Below, piece after piece: positions 49,346-62,310 of a stretch of 64,000 nucleotides of DNA. A program made the translations under genes and the position numbers. The notes beneath the pieces were generated by a model. The model had not been told where the DNA came from, did not search any database, and saw nothing but the letters and a program-made list of their open reading frames with translations. How positions within the stretch are numbered: the stretch's first letter is position 1; every line of letters starts with the position of its first letter. Where the stretch lies: assembly GCF_001194135.2 (NCBI RefSeq), contig NC_068987.1, positions 75,770,652 to 75,834,651 on the forward strand, given 5' to 3'. The DNA is from Octopus bimaculoides (lineage: Eukaryota).

Positions 49346-50087
49346 GCTAGAAAAAAAAAAATGTACGACTCACACCGAACTGGAGTAGAATCTAAATGGA
49401 GATGAAAACAAAATAAATCAATAAAATATAAAACAAAATAAAAATGATACACAATAATAGTTGGTTTTTTTTTTTTACTCCTGTCAAATTTAAAAAATTA
49501 ACTGAAATTATCATACTAAAGACAATTTAATTAAATATGTTAGAGGCTTTTATTCACTTTCCGGAAATGACAAGAAACATACAAACGTTTTGTAGTTTCC
49601 TGTGCATCGACTAATAACATACGCAGCAAAGAACAACTTCCGGTATATTGTATATAATAAGAATTGACAAAAGCTAACGTTAAATTGTAAGTATTGTATG
49701 GATTATTTTAAACGTTGCCCAAAGTATACTAAACTTGTGCTATCAAACTCTACAACCCCGTCCGCCGTTGTTGTTTTTCTGTTTTTTTCCAGTCTTTAAC
49801 ATCGTGTTTCTACCTCCTCTATTCTCTCTCTCTCTCTCTCTGTCCCTCCCTCCCTCATCTTCTTTTTCTTTCTCTTATGTCTCGCTCGCTCATTTGTTGT
49901 GGCGAGCCAGATAAATGTTTCCACATCAGTACTGAAATATTTATCTGATATAAAGCGGCAAGCTCACAAAATGACCGTATATATATGTATGAGAGCGAAC
50001 GCGACAGAGTAGGAGGGAGAAAACGTATGTTTACTTGTGTTCATGTTTGTGAGTGTGTAGTATGTGTATGTGTGAATATGTGTGTGC

Positions 50088-50155
<68 letters not shown>

Positions 50156-50947
50156 CCGCCACATAAGCCAGAATAATGAAGTTATACCGGGATAGAAAAT
50201 GTAAAGAATCTTGTCATGAATACATATGTCCATTAGAATTAGTATTTCTCTATCGTCTACCTTTTGACTCAACTCACTTGTAAATATAATAATATAATTT
50301 AGTTGGACATCTATTCTCAGAAATTTATCAATTTAAAAGTTATTAATACTCTGAGTACCGGAAAGGTAAGGTGTTAGCGGAAATTGTAGAGGACCAAATA
50401 ATAACTTAGCGGTATTTCATTTTAATTCTATTCGATTTGCGTTCACATTTTACTGAAAGTAATGTTTTCCATTTAACCGTTTATGGTTAATTCGGCTCCG
50501 TGGTTCAGAAGTTCGCTTCGAAACTGTGTCACTAGCTGGCAAAAGTTTGCGAGTAGAACTTGGTAAGCGGAAACCCATCGTGTGCTCTGTGCATGTGTGC
50601 GTGTGTGAGTGTATCGGAAAAAAGTTCGTTTTCCAAGTTTTTGTTTTTTCATGTTCTCGTTTTTCATGTTGTCCACGTTTTTTTGACGTCCTGTACCCAT
50701 ATATGCATGTGTAGGTGTATATATNNNNNNNNNNNNNNNNNNNNNNNNNNNNNNNNNNNNNNNNNNNNNNNNNNNNNNNNNNNNNNNNNNNNNNNNNNNN
50801 NNNNNNNNNNNNNNNNNNNNNNNNNNNNNNNNNNNNNNNNNNNNNNNNNNNNNNNNNNNNNNNNNNNNNNNNNNNNNNNNNNNNNNNNNNNNNNNNNNNN
50901 NNNNNNNNNNNNNNNNNNNNNNNNNNNNNNNNNNNNNNNNNNNNNNN

Positions 50948-50994
<47 letters not shown>

Positions 50995-52509
50995 TAGACA
51001 GACAGAACCGATACACATCGGGGAAAGCTGTAAAACACGGAAATAGTAATAAAACCCCGTTTATTTTTTCCGCCCGAATTGCGCAGACAGCCTACTCTCC
51101 CTATCGTCGTCAAAAATGTAGTGAACCAGTGATTGACCAGTTTGGAATTTGTAATCAACTATATTTCTGTTCATAAAATGCTTTATCAAATATCAATAAA
51201 AATAAATGCATTGCTCTGATTCAGTCAATTGTACTACCCGTATTACTATACCCGTGTGTATTTGTGAATGTGAGAAATTCCTGTTGGAAAGCTAGAGTAG
51301 CAGAGACAGGAGCGCACAAGACTAAATACTTTACACTTTTGTGGCCTTCCGCTAGTTTCATAAATAGTTATTATGGGAACCATAAAGTGGAAGATGAATT
51401 TATTGAGCTTCTACATGGTGTACTTACTAGAATTAACATTCAAATATCCTACAAATTACGCTCTCTTTCTTCGCATTGCTTTTGAGCCCTGAACTCCTTG
51501 TCGGAGTCGTAGGGTCACCGTCATGATTTGACAACTGGACAACTGTGGAATGTTTTAACCTTGGTGTAGTTCGTCCGTGCCGATTTTTTCCAGAAAAAAA
51601 AAAAACGAAAAGATGAGAAAGAAAAATCGACCCTAGTACGATACTGGTACTTTATTTATCGACCCCGAAAAAAATTAAATTCAAAAGTTGACCTCTGCAG
51701 GATTTCAACTCATCTGTAAGGAAGCAGGATGATTACTACAAAACAATTAATCCAACATTCTTACAAATCTGTTATTCGGTTGCCTTTAAATCACAAACGT
51801 ATATAAAAATGTATACGCTTCATTAAACGTAATTCTCGAATCGCTGTGCTAAGCTTAAAAAAAAATAAAGGAAAACGTGATGAATATAGCTGAAAGGCCT
51901 ATCGTAGAAAGAAGTTGAGCTCCGAAGCTGATGTAATATACTGACCTGAATTGCAAACATCAATAACAGCACACAACAATTTCAACCCAAAATTGTCGAG
52001 TAGTTTCGAGTCTTTGTTCAAATATCTTCAAGTATGTCTCTCTTTACTTATTGGAAGAGAAAAATGCTGCATAGTCTTTTACAGTTTCATTTAAAACATT
52101 AAACGAAATGCCACTTGTCCGGCGTGCTAACGTTTCAGCTAGACTGTCGCCTTCTAGTAACAGGAAATGATTTTCTTACTACGAAAAGCACAAGGCCTAT
52201 CGTAGAAAGAAGTTGAGCTCCGAAGCTGATGTAATCGACTAGGCCACTGAGTTCAAATGGTAGTTATTTTATCGACTCTGAAATGACAGAAGAAATGGCG
52301 CAAAGCCTTATATCCGGGTTGCTAACGATTCTGCCAGCTCGCCCCCTTCTGGCTAAAAGTAACAAGAAGAGTATTTAATTTTGTCTAATCAGGCTGTAAG
52401 AAGCGCCCATTACTTCGAGAAAAATGAGAAAAAGGGAGGGAAAAGAAGCTCAAACTGGTGACCTGACCAGAATACTTGCGATAAAATGGACGATGCTAAA
52501 GGGTCCATT

Positions 52510-52613
52510 GACGTTGTTAAACCAGTTGACGGATGGTGTGTTCCATCCACGAAGATCACAGCGTGATTTGAACAAAGTGTCGAAACAAGAACCGTGGGGT
52601 ATCCCTTCTGATA
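52510..52613 (+). repeat. Unclassified 104-bp repeat, copy 2
   Basis: Colinear with 48698-48801. Confidence 0.88.
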
Positions 52614-53221
52614 CAACACAATCAATCCAACACTCTTACAAATCTGTTATTCAGTGTATTACCATTATCTAGTGTTCTGAGATGAGTTTAATGTTTATGC
52701 CAACGGCTCATTGAATAAGAACGTTCATACTATTTGATTACGTGTCTAGATGTCTGAAGTGAGTTAATATTGATGATAATTTGTCAGACTATTAATCTCA
52801 TCTTCAGAGATGAAAAAAGTAAATATTAAAACATTTTCATGTGTAAATATGAGGTTTAACACAAATCATATTAGTACACTTCGTGCAGGCATACAACCTC
52901 CCACGTTCACAAGAGCTTGCTACGGACGAGCTTATTCGGAAACAGAGTACCTGATAGCATTCAGAGATCCTAATTGTCCAACTATAGTGTAAACATAAAT
53001 ATACATTCTAAAATGTTGTTTAGCAACCCAGTGAAGTATCATTTAATTGTATTGCAGTTTAGATAGTTAGCTGTTGATTAAACCATCTTTGCCTTTCATC
53101 TTTTGACAGAAGACACATACAGACTCATACAGAAGACGATTCCTCCAATTGCACCTGTAATTTTGAAATGAGTGATACTTCTTTCCCCCTGCATGGGGGA
53201 TAGAGCATCCCTCTGCCCGTT

Positions 53222-53223
53222 TT

Positions 53224-53312
<89 letters not shown>
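53222..53312. repeat. (TTTC)n microsatellite
   Basis: Read directly. Confidence 0.97.
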
Positions 53313-53314
<2 letters not shown>

Positions 53315-53552
53315 CATACACACACGTACCCACACAGAGAGATATAGGTATAATATTGGTTTACCTACTTAAACATACCGCGTAACATTACATTTAATGT
53401 TTTTCACTATCTTTATCTACATGCACACATGACTGTACATAAAAAAAACACATAGACACGAAGACACGCTTTAAAGCTGCGGTCATGCTCGGGCACTACT
53501 GTTGGCTATGTTACACCATTATTTGAAACCTCCTCTGATATGTGACATTTGG

Positions 53553-53790
53553 TGAATGGGGGAGTTCGATGCTGTTGCCCTCGTGTTTGTTTCCTGCCGT
53601 GAGGTTCGCTATTCTGGAACTCTTGACAGAAGGAGATCCAGTTTTGCTTTCAAGACACCTACATCCACACCATGCAAGTCTCTCAAGCATTTTGGAAGGC
53701 TATTGAAGAGCTGTGGGACCTTGAAACCCAAGCTGTTGCAATATCTGGTCCTGTATTTTGATGGTAGTGCTGGGATCTTTGGCACGATGT
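53553..53790 (-). pseudogene. CR1/L2-group LINE C-terminal fragment
   Basis: Manual translation: PSKYRTRYCNSLGFKVPQLFNSLPKCLRDLHGVDVGVLKAKLDLLLSRVPE*. Confidence 0.75.
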
Positions 53791-53841
53791 AGTAGCGCCT
53801 CGTTCAGCTGTTTATATAACTTTCAATGCCAAAGTTGCAAC

Positions 53842-53872
<31 letters not shown>

Positions 53873-54329
53873 NNNNNNNNNNNNNNNNNNNNNNNNNNNN
53901 NNNNNNNNNNNNNNNNNNNNNNNNNNNNNNNNNNNNNNNNNNNNNNNNNNNNNNNNNNNNNNNNNNNNNNNNNNNNNNNNNNNNNNNNNNNNNNNNNNNN
54001 NNNNNNNNNNNNNNNNNNNNNNNNNNNNNNNNNNNNNNNNNNNNNNNNNNNNNNNNNNNNNNNNNNNNNNNNNNNNNNNNNNNNNNNNNNNNNNNNNNNN
54101 NNNNNNNNNNNNNNNNNNNNNNNNNNNNNNNNNNNNNNNNNNNNNNNNNNNNNNNNNNNNNNNNNNNNNNNNNNNNNNNNNNNNNNNNNNNNNNNNNNNN
54201 NNNNNNNNNNNNNNNNNNNNNNNNNNNNNNNNNNNNNNNNNNNNNNNNNNNNNNNNNNNAAAAAAAAAAAACGTAACCCAAATTTACGAATACAATTTGG
54301 CGGTGTTTACGTGCATCACGGACGCTTTG

Positions 54330-55299
54330 TTCTTTTGAGACCTTGTAGCCTCGAATAGATTTCTCCACCTTGGAAATGAACGGACGGTCCGGCAATATTT
54401 TCCAATACAATCCAGTTTCGTCTACGTTAAAAATCTGTTAGAGAAGAACCCCATTTTTTTCGATGATTTTCTTGAATCCATTAGGTAATTCCGCTGCTAC
54501 TTGTTCGTCAGCTGATGCACTTTCACCTTGCTTCTTAATGGAGTGATAACTTCTTCGCTCCTTAAATCTCATGAACCATCCTCCGCTTGCCTTGAACTCT
54601 ACATCTTTCTCATCGGGACATTTTTTCTTCAGGTCCTCAAACAAAGACAACGCTTTTTCTTGAATGATTTCTTGACTAAGTAGCACGCTGGCAATTCAAC
54701 CTAACAATCCAAAGAGAAAGAAGACTTCCCATTTCTTCAAAAATTTTGCCTCTTTTCTTATTGATGACAGTGTTCTTCATCTCTGGGGCTTCAGATTTGG
54801 TATGTGCTAAAATCTTGTCCTTATTATGTACAATCGTCGATACAGTTGTCCGACTCATCCCAAAAGATCGTGCAATTGCTACCACTTTTTCCCCTTTTTC
54901 ATGGCGTTTTATCTTCCATTTAGCACTTTCACTATGAATTATCTTAGGAGCCATGGTGGAAAAAAAAAAGTCACAACAAATACTGCGAGAATCACGAGTA
55001 TCAGCGACGCCTACCGGTAGATATTGGAACTGCAGTGCAATATGAGCTCCGAAAGACAGATAAATAAGACAACACAACTGATTTCATGATTTCGTTCACT
55101 AAGCTACACCACTTTATGATATGTGTCTTAACATTTACTGTACGTATTTTAATGTGATTTCATATTCTTTTATTCTTATTTATTGTACAGTAACATGATT
55201 TTATGTGCTTTTAATGGTTTTCTAGTGATTTTACGATTCCAATATTTGTGGCGGACAGATTTTAAGTCGAGTAAAATGACTTAACCTGAGGTATGCCTA
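54330..55299 (-). mobile_element. Tigger-like DNA transposon 5' part (TIR, HTH-psq, CENP-B HTH, start of DDE)
   Basis: TIR TAGGCATACCTCAGG (Tigger1-like) next to (TA)n. MAPK...EKGEKVVAIARSFGMSRTTVSTIV; IQEKALSLFEDLK; FKASGGWFMRFKER; GESASAD; IFNVDETGLYWKILPDR. Frameshifted. Confidence 0.93.
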
Positions 55300-56114
55300 T
55301 ATATATATATATATNNNNNNNNNNNNNNNNNNNNNNNNNNNNNNNNNNNNNNNNNNNNNNNNNNNNNNNNNNNNNNNNNNNNNNNNNNNNNNNNNNNNNN
55401 NNNNNNNNNNNNNNNNNNNNNNNNNNNNNNNNNNNNNNNNNNNNNNNNNNNNNNNNNNNNNNNNNNNNNNNNNNNNNNNNNNNNNNNNNNNNNNNNNNNN
55501 NNNNNNNNNNNNNNNNNNNNNNNNNNNNNNNNNNNNNNNNNNNNNNNNNNNNNNNNNNNNNNNNNNNNNNNNNNNNNNNNNNNNNNNNNNNNNNNNNNNN
55601 NNNNNNNNNNNNNNNNNNNNNNNNNNNNNNNNNNNNNNNNNNNNNNNNNNNNNNNNNNNNNNNNNNNNNNNNNNNNNNNNNNNNNNNNNNNNNNNNNNNN
55701 NNNNNNNNNNNNNNNNNNNNNNNNNNNNNNNNNNNNNNNNNNNNNNNNNNNNNNNNNNNNNNNNNNNNNNNNNNNNNNNNNNNNNNNNNNNNNNNNNNNN
55801 NNNNNNNNNNNNNNNNNNNNNNNNNNNNNNNNNNNNNNNNNNNNNNNNNNNNNNNNNNNNNNNNNNNNNNNNNNNNNNNNNNNNNNNNNNNNNNNNNNNN
55901 NNNNNNNNNNNNNNNNNNNNNNNNNNNNNNNNNNNNNNNNNNNNNNNNNNNNNNNNNNNNNNNNNNNNNNNNNNNNNNNNNNNNNNNNNNNNNNNNNNNN
56001 NNNNNNNNNNNNNNNNNNNNNNNNNNNNNNNNNNNNNNNATATATATATATATATAAACATACATAAATACATGCACACGCACACACACACACATACATA
56101 TATGTGTGTATGTG

Positions 56115-56340
56115 TGTATACATCTTTTATATTTCTTTCAGTCATTGGACTGTGGCCTTGCTGGGGCACCACCTTGAAGAATTTTTAGTCGAATGTATCC
56201 ACCCCAGTATTTACTTTTTATAAGCCTGATACTTATTCTGTCGATCTCTTTTGTCGCACCGCTAACTTACAGGAACGTAAACACACCAATATGTGTTGTC
56301 AAGCGGTGGTGGGGGGACAAACGCAGACACAAAGACACAC
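56115..56340 (-). mobile_element. SINE family B 3' half
   Basis: Matches the 22128-22330 type. Confidence 0.85.
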
Positions 56341-57271
56341 GCACACACACACTGAAATAAATATATATAAACATACGTATATACATACATACATACATAC
56401 ACACACACACACGCATATATATATATTGATAGAAAGGACAACAAAAGAAAGAAAGAGACCTCGATATTATGTAAATACAGGAATTTATCTGTAAAAATAT
56501 GTGACACTTATTCGGTAGCCNNNNNNNNNNNNNNNNNNNNNNNNNNNNNNNNNNNNNNNNNNNNNNNNNNNNNNNNNNNNNNNNNNNNNNNNNNNNNNNN
56601 NNNNNNNNNNNNNNNNNNNNNNNNNNNNNNNNNNNNNNNNNNNNNNNNNNNNNNNNNNNNNNNNNNNNNNNNNNNNNNNNNNNNNNNNNNNNNNNNNNNN
56701 NNNNNNNNNNNNNNNNNNNNNNNNNNNNNNNNNNNNNNNNNNNNNNNNNNNNNNNNNNNNNNNNNNNNNNNNNNNNNNNNNNNNNNNNNNNNNNNNNNNN
56801 NNNNNNNNNNNNNNNNNNNNNNNNNNNNNNNNNNNNNNNNNNNNNNNNNNNNNNNNNNNNNNNNNNNNNNNNNNNNNNNNNNNNNNNNNNNNNNNNNNNN
56901 NNNNNNNNNNNNNNNNNNNNNNNNNNNNNNNNNNNNNNNNNNNNNNNNNNNNNNNNNNNNNNNNNNNNNNNNNNNNNNNNNNNNNNNNNNNNNNNNNNNN
57001 NNNNNNNNNNNNNNNNNNNNNNNNNNNNNNNNNNNNNNNNNNNNNNNNNNNNNNNNNNNNNNNNNNNNNNNNNNNNNNNNNNNNNNNNNNNNNNNNNNNN
57101 NNNNNNNNNNNNNNNNNNNNNNNNNNNNNNNNNNNNNNNNNNNNNNNNNNNNNNNNNNNNNNNNNNNNNNNNNNNNNNNNNNNNNNNNNNNNNNNNNNNN
57201 NNNNNNNNNNNNNNNNNNNNNNNNNNNNNNNNNNNNNNNNNNNNNNNNNNNNNNNNNNNNNNNNNNNNNNN

Positions 57272-57620
57272 NCGGGGACCGAAAGAAGCTCGTCGTATAT
57301 ATATATATATATATATCTGGAGAAGGAATTTTTGTATTCCGAAATATTATCACATCAGACTATGGATAATTGAATTATAACAGTTATTATGGTCCACTTT
57401 GCATTGTTGTGCCATTCAAGACACGTTATATTTCTTATATTTATATGTCTGTGTTTGTCCCCCCACCATCACTTGACAACCAATGTTGGTGTGTTTGCGT
57501 CCCCTTAACATAGAGATCCAGCGAAAGAGACCGATAGATTAAGTACTAGGCTTACTAAGAATAAGTCCTGGGGCGATTTGGCCGTAGTCAAATGACTGAA
57601 ACAAGTAAAAAGAATTAAAA
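57272..57620 (+). mobile_element. SINE family B pieces (GAAAGAAGCTCGTCG-(TA)n and 3' half at 57440-57620)
   Basis: TTGTCCCCCCACCATCACTTGACAACC...GACCGATAGATTAAGTACTAGGC...AAATGACTGAAACAAGTAAAA. Confidence 0.8.
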
Positions 57621-57629
57621 AAAGCGAAA

Positions 57630-57662
<33 letters not shown>

Positions 57663-57710
57663 NNNNNNNNNNTATATATATATATATATATATATATATT
57701 GCACGTACAT

Positions 57711-57791
57711 TAATGTGATTTTATATTCTTTTATTCTTATTTATTGTACAAACACATGATTTTATGTGCTTTTAATGGTTTTCTAGTGATT
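57711..57791 (+). repeat. Second copy of the Tigger subterminal segment 55150-55230
   Basis: TAATGTGATTT(C/T)ATATTCTTTTATTCTTATTTATTGTACA...GTGCTTTTAATGGTTTTCTAGTGATT. Confidence 0.9.
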
Positions 57792-58148
57792 ATATATATA
57801 TATGCGCACAGACATTCGCACACATATCTTTACGACATAAAAATACTGATCTTTCTGAAATAAAACAGAAGTAAACATATGACAATTGTATTGAAAAGGG
57901 GTAAAAAGTAAGAAATGGTCTTCAAAGAGACTGAAAGTGATATGTGGAAAATGGGGAGATAGTGGAGGGATACAGAAAATGTTGTGTCCTGGAAAAGAGC
58001 CCAGTTTAAACGAAGGAAAACAGATGTAAGGAAATGAAACAAACGAAGAAGAATTGCATTCTGGGAAATGAAGGTGACAGAATGCATACATACATGCATG
58101 CATACATGCATGCATACATACATACTGGGAGAACTTGAAAAATTAAAA

Positions 58149-58423
58149 CTGACGGCCTTCCACTCGTGATCCAGGAAGACCTTGCTAACCTTCAGGAACA
58201 TTGTGCGCTCTAGGACTAACTTATATTTTGCATTTGCGGATCCGTTGGTGGCTAATGAGCCCGGCTCTTGACAAGCATGCATGACTGCAAACATTGCAAA
58301 CCAAGCTTTCCCCATTCACTACACCAGCAGCGCGCTTTCGAGCAGCACGCTTAAGTTCTTCATGCAGAATACGTGCTCTCTCAAAAGTGTCGACGTCCTC
58401 TTTAACCTGCTTCCTCCATCTGT
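58149..58423 (-). pseudogene. RTE-clade LINE 3' end (zinc-finger-like C-terminus plus tail)
   Basis: RWRKQVKEDVDTFERARILHEELKRAARK...LVCNVCSHACLSRAGLISHQR; tail GGTCTTCCTGGATCACGAGTGGAAGGCC. Confidence 0.85.
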
Positions 58424-59443
58424 NNNNNNNNNNATATTTAAAATCAAATCTGGGAGATTTGAACCAAGAACAGAATGCTACTTAACTAAATTCCTCAAAT
58501 TATTTGTTCTGTACCCCAACCAATTTTGTCAACCAAATTTGTTAATTACTAAATCACAAATCACAAATTGCATCAGTATGTTTTTTTAAAGAGAAAATAA
58601 AACTAGACTCAATTAGTTAAATAAATAAACACATAAAGTTTTAAGTTGCAATATTTATTTGAATTCATTTTATTCTGTTTACTTTAGAAAAGTATATCGT
58701 CATTGAAAAAATTAGCCTAAATTAAACGGAGGCGTATCCAGTTACGCTGGCTATTATATTTCTTCAAAGTAACGAGTGAGAGAGAAAATTAAACATTTAT
58801 AACAGTAAACACAGCAGGTTGAAATACGGATATTGCTTTATAATGATTTCTTAATACAACACGTGGTTGAAGCTGTAGATGTTTAGTCCTAATCAACCCT
58901 AGACCTATGAGCTGACGGAGTTAAAAAATATTCCAACTGTGGCCATCCAGTCTTTTTAGAGTAAGAGTGTACTGTACAGAGTATTTTTCCTTATTTCGGA
59001 CAGTGAAGTGTAGATTTGAGGGGGATTTCGCATCTATTTCTCTCAGATCAAATAAGAACGTAAATGTTTCTAGATACGTAAATGTTTCTTCCATAGCTTA
59101 ACATTCAAATGTGAGGCCATGGACAGAGTAATTCAATTATATCGATCCTGGATTAAAAGCTAAGTCGCCCCTGGAGGGATTTGAACACGACAAAAAAAAA
59201 AGCTGTAGCACAGAACAGATCGCTGTGTTTGCTGCATTTGATCCATTTCTTTTCCACAAAGCGCTTGACATTACTTAACCAACATTACTAACATCGAAGC
59301 ATCAAGCTACACATTTGGGAAAAAAAAAGATGATTGAATATATCGATCATTAGTATTTGACTGGTACTTATTTTAGAGACACCGGTAGTATAAAATCCAA
59401 GCTTAACTTTCGCGGGATTTGAATTCAAATTCTAATACATACA

Positions 59444-59640
59444 TACAAGGTGACCATATCGTCTGTATACAAAGATGTCACTGCACGTTTTCAATAATTT
59501 TATTAAAGTAAATGAATGAATAACATTTTCAACATGGTTTCTACCATTAGTAATGCAAAGTTCAATGCGCTTTGCTAGGACTCACTTAACCCCGATGCAA
59601 TAACTTCACATTTCCGCCATTTTGAGCACATTCATTCACG
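59444..59640 (-). mobile_element. 3' end of a Tc1/mariner (rosa/maT-like) element
   Basis: Minus strand VLAKRIELCITNGRNHVENVIH; TIR-like TACAAGGTGACCA. Confidence 0.6.
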
Positions 59641-59834
59641 ATGTGTTCCTTCAAGTGATTTATGTCTAAGCAGACTTCATTCTCATTCTATATATATATA
59701 AAAACAAACATATATACACGTTCACATATATTCCGATATTATGTTCTTCTTCAAGCGGCTGCAATTGAAATGCATTCGTCAACACCTAGCTAGGAATTTC
59801 TGCACTCCACTAATTTTGTTAAATTCTTAGTTTC

Positions 59835-60500
59835 CTATTCTTTGTCTCTCCAAATAATATCAAGTATTTGAGAAGTCTTCTCATTTATTACATTATGGAA
59901 ATTTGTCATTAGCAAAGCGTTGAACAATGATAATAGATTTCGTATGTGTATTTCGTGTGCAAGATTCTTGATGTGGATGCGTGTGTTTATTACCGGCATA
60001 ATGCCTCTCCCAAGGTTTAATTGTAATAATAATAGAGATTGGTGGAATGGGTCCATAAATATCCTCTCTGGTCTTAGCTCATGCCATGAAGTGTTTTGAG
60101 CCCGTAGGAGAAGCCTTGCGTACCTATCATCGAAACAATCTTAATGCTTCTTTCCGTCATGTTTTAGATCGATACAGAAGAACGCTCTCTACTCAAGTCC
60201 TCAAAATTGAGAGCGTAGGTAATTTTTAAATACGTGATTGCCAGATATTTTGACGCTCGTTACAGGCACTATATGCTCGTTCTTTGCCTGTAAGGAAGTA
60301 AAGAGGTCTTTCTTAGCAACAATGGCACTTGAAGTTATGATCTCTTTGAGTAGTGTGTCATGATGAGAAAAGAAGTTTCATTTATAGTCATGTCTTCAGT
60401 CTTCCTTTCACTGAGAAACAGTTCCACTTGGATTGTAGTCTTCTCAAGAACTAAGAAGTCTTGATAAGATTTTAGGGCAAGTCAAGGTCAGACAGACACA
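59835..60500 (-). pseudogene. Possible degenerate Penelope-like ORF region N-terminal to the RT
   Basis: QGFSYGLK and LGRGIMPVINT resemble the PLE LSYGLK and DKG-x-GIV motifs; weak. Confidence 0.35.
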
Positions 60501-61160
60501 CACATTAGTAACACAAGCATTATTAACATCTACATTGTTTATACTTGATAGTAAGGCCTTTGTCTTGGCCGGGATCAAGACATTGCTTAGAGACGTCACT
60601 ACAATCTCTAAGTGAAAAGGAGCTAAGGTGAATCCCTGAACAATACTTTCTGAAATTCTTTAGTTGGATCTCCTATCTATACAAAACTTGATTGGTTTTC
60701 GTACATGAAGGCGATGACAATTTTCATCTGAGATACTATTGTTCCACTGATAAGGAACATGACCTTTTTCTTGGCACTGTCAAAATGTGTGTGCGTGTGC
60801 GTGTATATATATATATATATATATATATNNNNNNNNNNNNNNNNNNNNNNNNNNNNNNNNNNNNNNNNNNNNNNNNNNNNNNNNNNNNNNNNNNNNNNNN
60901 NNNNNNNNNNNNNNNNNNNNNNNNNNNNNNNNNNNNNNNNNNNNNNNNNNNNNNNNNNNNNNNNNNNNNNNNNNNNNNNNNNNNNNNNNNNNNNNNNNNN
61001 NNNNNNNNNNNNNNNNNNNNNNNNNNNNNNNNNNNNNNNNNNTAATATATATTGTTCTGAAACATCAAAAAAACATCCATTCGAAGATGAATCCTCAGTG
61101 ATGATTGCTCGATGATATCAACTGGAATCCTCGACTGCCTTATTTTCCAAGCCGATATCT

Positions 61161-61246
<86 letters not shown>

Positions 61247-61322
61247 TCTCTTTTCCTCTGTTCCATTTCTTAAGAAAACATTTACGGCACCTTATAAGTG
61301 AGAGAGAGAGACAGAGAGAGAC

Positions 61323-61354
<32 letters not shown>

Positions 61355-61984
61355 TGAGAGGTAAGAGAGGAGGGAGAACAAGTAACAGTGAGAATAAAAA
61401 TGAGAAAGCTCTATCAACGTATATCCTCAATTTTGAAGTGTTTTTTTTTATTTGATTTCATGTGAAATATTTGTCCGTTATATAACTGAGCTGAAGTACA
61501 CCTTGTACGTGTTTTCTCTATTATCAGCTTCATGAATTACATTGTTATATTGCTTTAACATACACTACAAAATTTCATTCATCCATTCACTAAATTGGAA
61601 AATTTACAGCACATGCAGCGTTCTTCCTAGGTGTAGTGCAGCTCATTCTAATGCACAGAGCTCTGTAGAGCTATTCTTCTTTTATTTATGACAACACTTC
61701 CTTTACATTTATGAAGTTGACTTTCTTTTAAAATTCATCTGACATTCACGATACCACTTACGGCGTTATTTATGGTTTTACTTTTATGACATTCCATTTA
61801 TAGGATCAATTTATTTTACATGGTTGCCTTATAGGAGCTAATAAAGCATGTATAAGAGAATAGCGGCTCGATTTAATCATGCGCAATTTCAAAAATGTTA
61901 GTTCTTGTACCAATACTAACAGCTAGAGTTAAGTTACTCTTTTTTTTAGATCTTAAAATCAACTATTTTGACTTCCTTTCTTTC

Positions 61985-62310
61985 TAGGGTCGATAAAATA
62001 ATTACCTGTCTTGTACTGGAGACGATTAAATCAAATATTCCTTCTCTTTAAAAACTCTTTGACTTGTGTCAATATTAAAAAATCAATAAGGAGGCGAGCT
62101 GGCAGAAACGTTAGCACTCCGGGCGAAATACTTACCGGTATTTCGTTTGTCTTTATGTTCTGAGTTCAAATTCCGCCGAGGTCGACTTTGCTTTTCATCC
62201 TTTCAGTGTCGATAAATTAAGTACCTACTGAGGTCGATCTAATTGACAGACCCCCTCCCTCAAAATTTCGGGCCTTGTGCCTAGAGTAGATAAGAATATT
62301 AAAAATCAAT
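61985..62310 (+). mobile_element. Tandem SINE family A: old 3' fragment plus full copy (62088-62300)
   Basis: TSD AATATTAAAAA(A)TCAAT at 62071-62087 and 62295-62310. Confidence 0.92.

Noticed and set aside
57830-58315. 161-aa ORF as a host gene
   Set aside because: An alternative frame over the same bases gives a clear RTE C-terminus; the ORF runs into a microsatellite.
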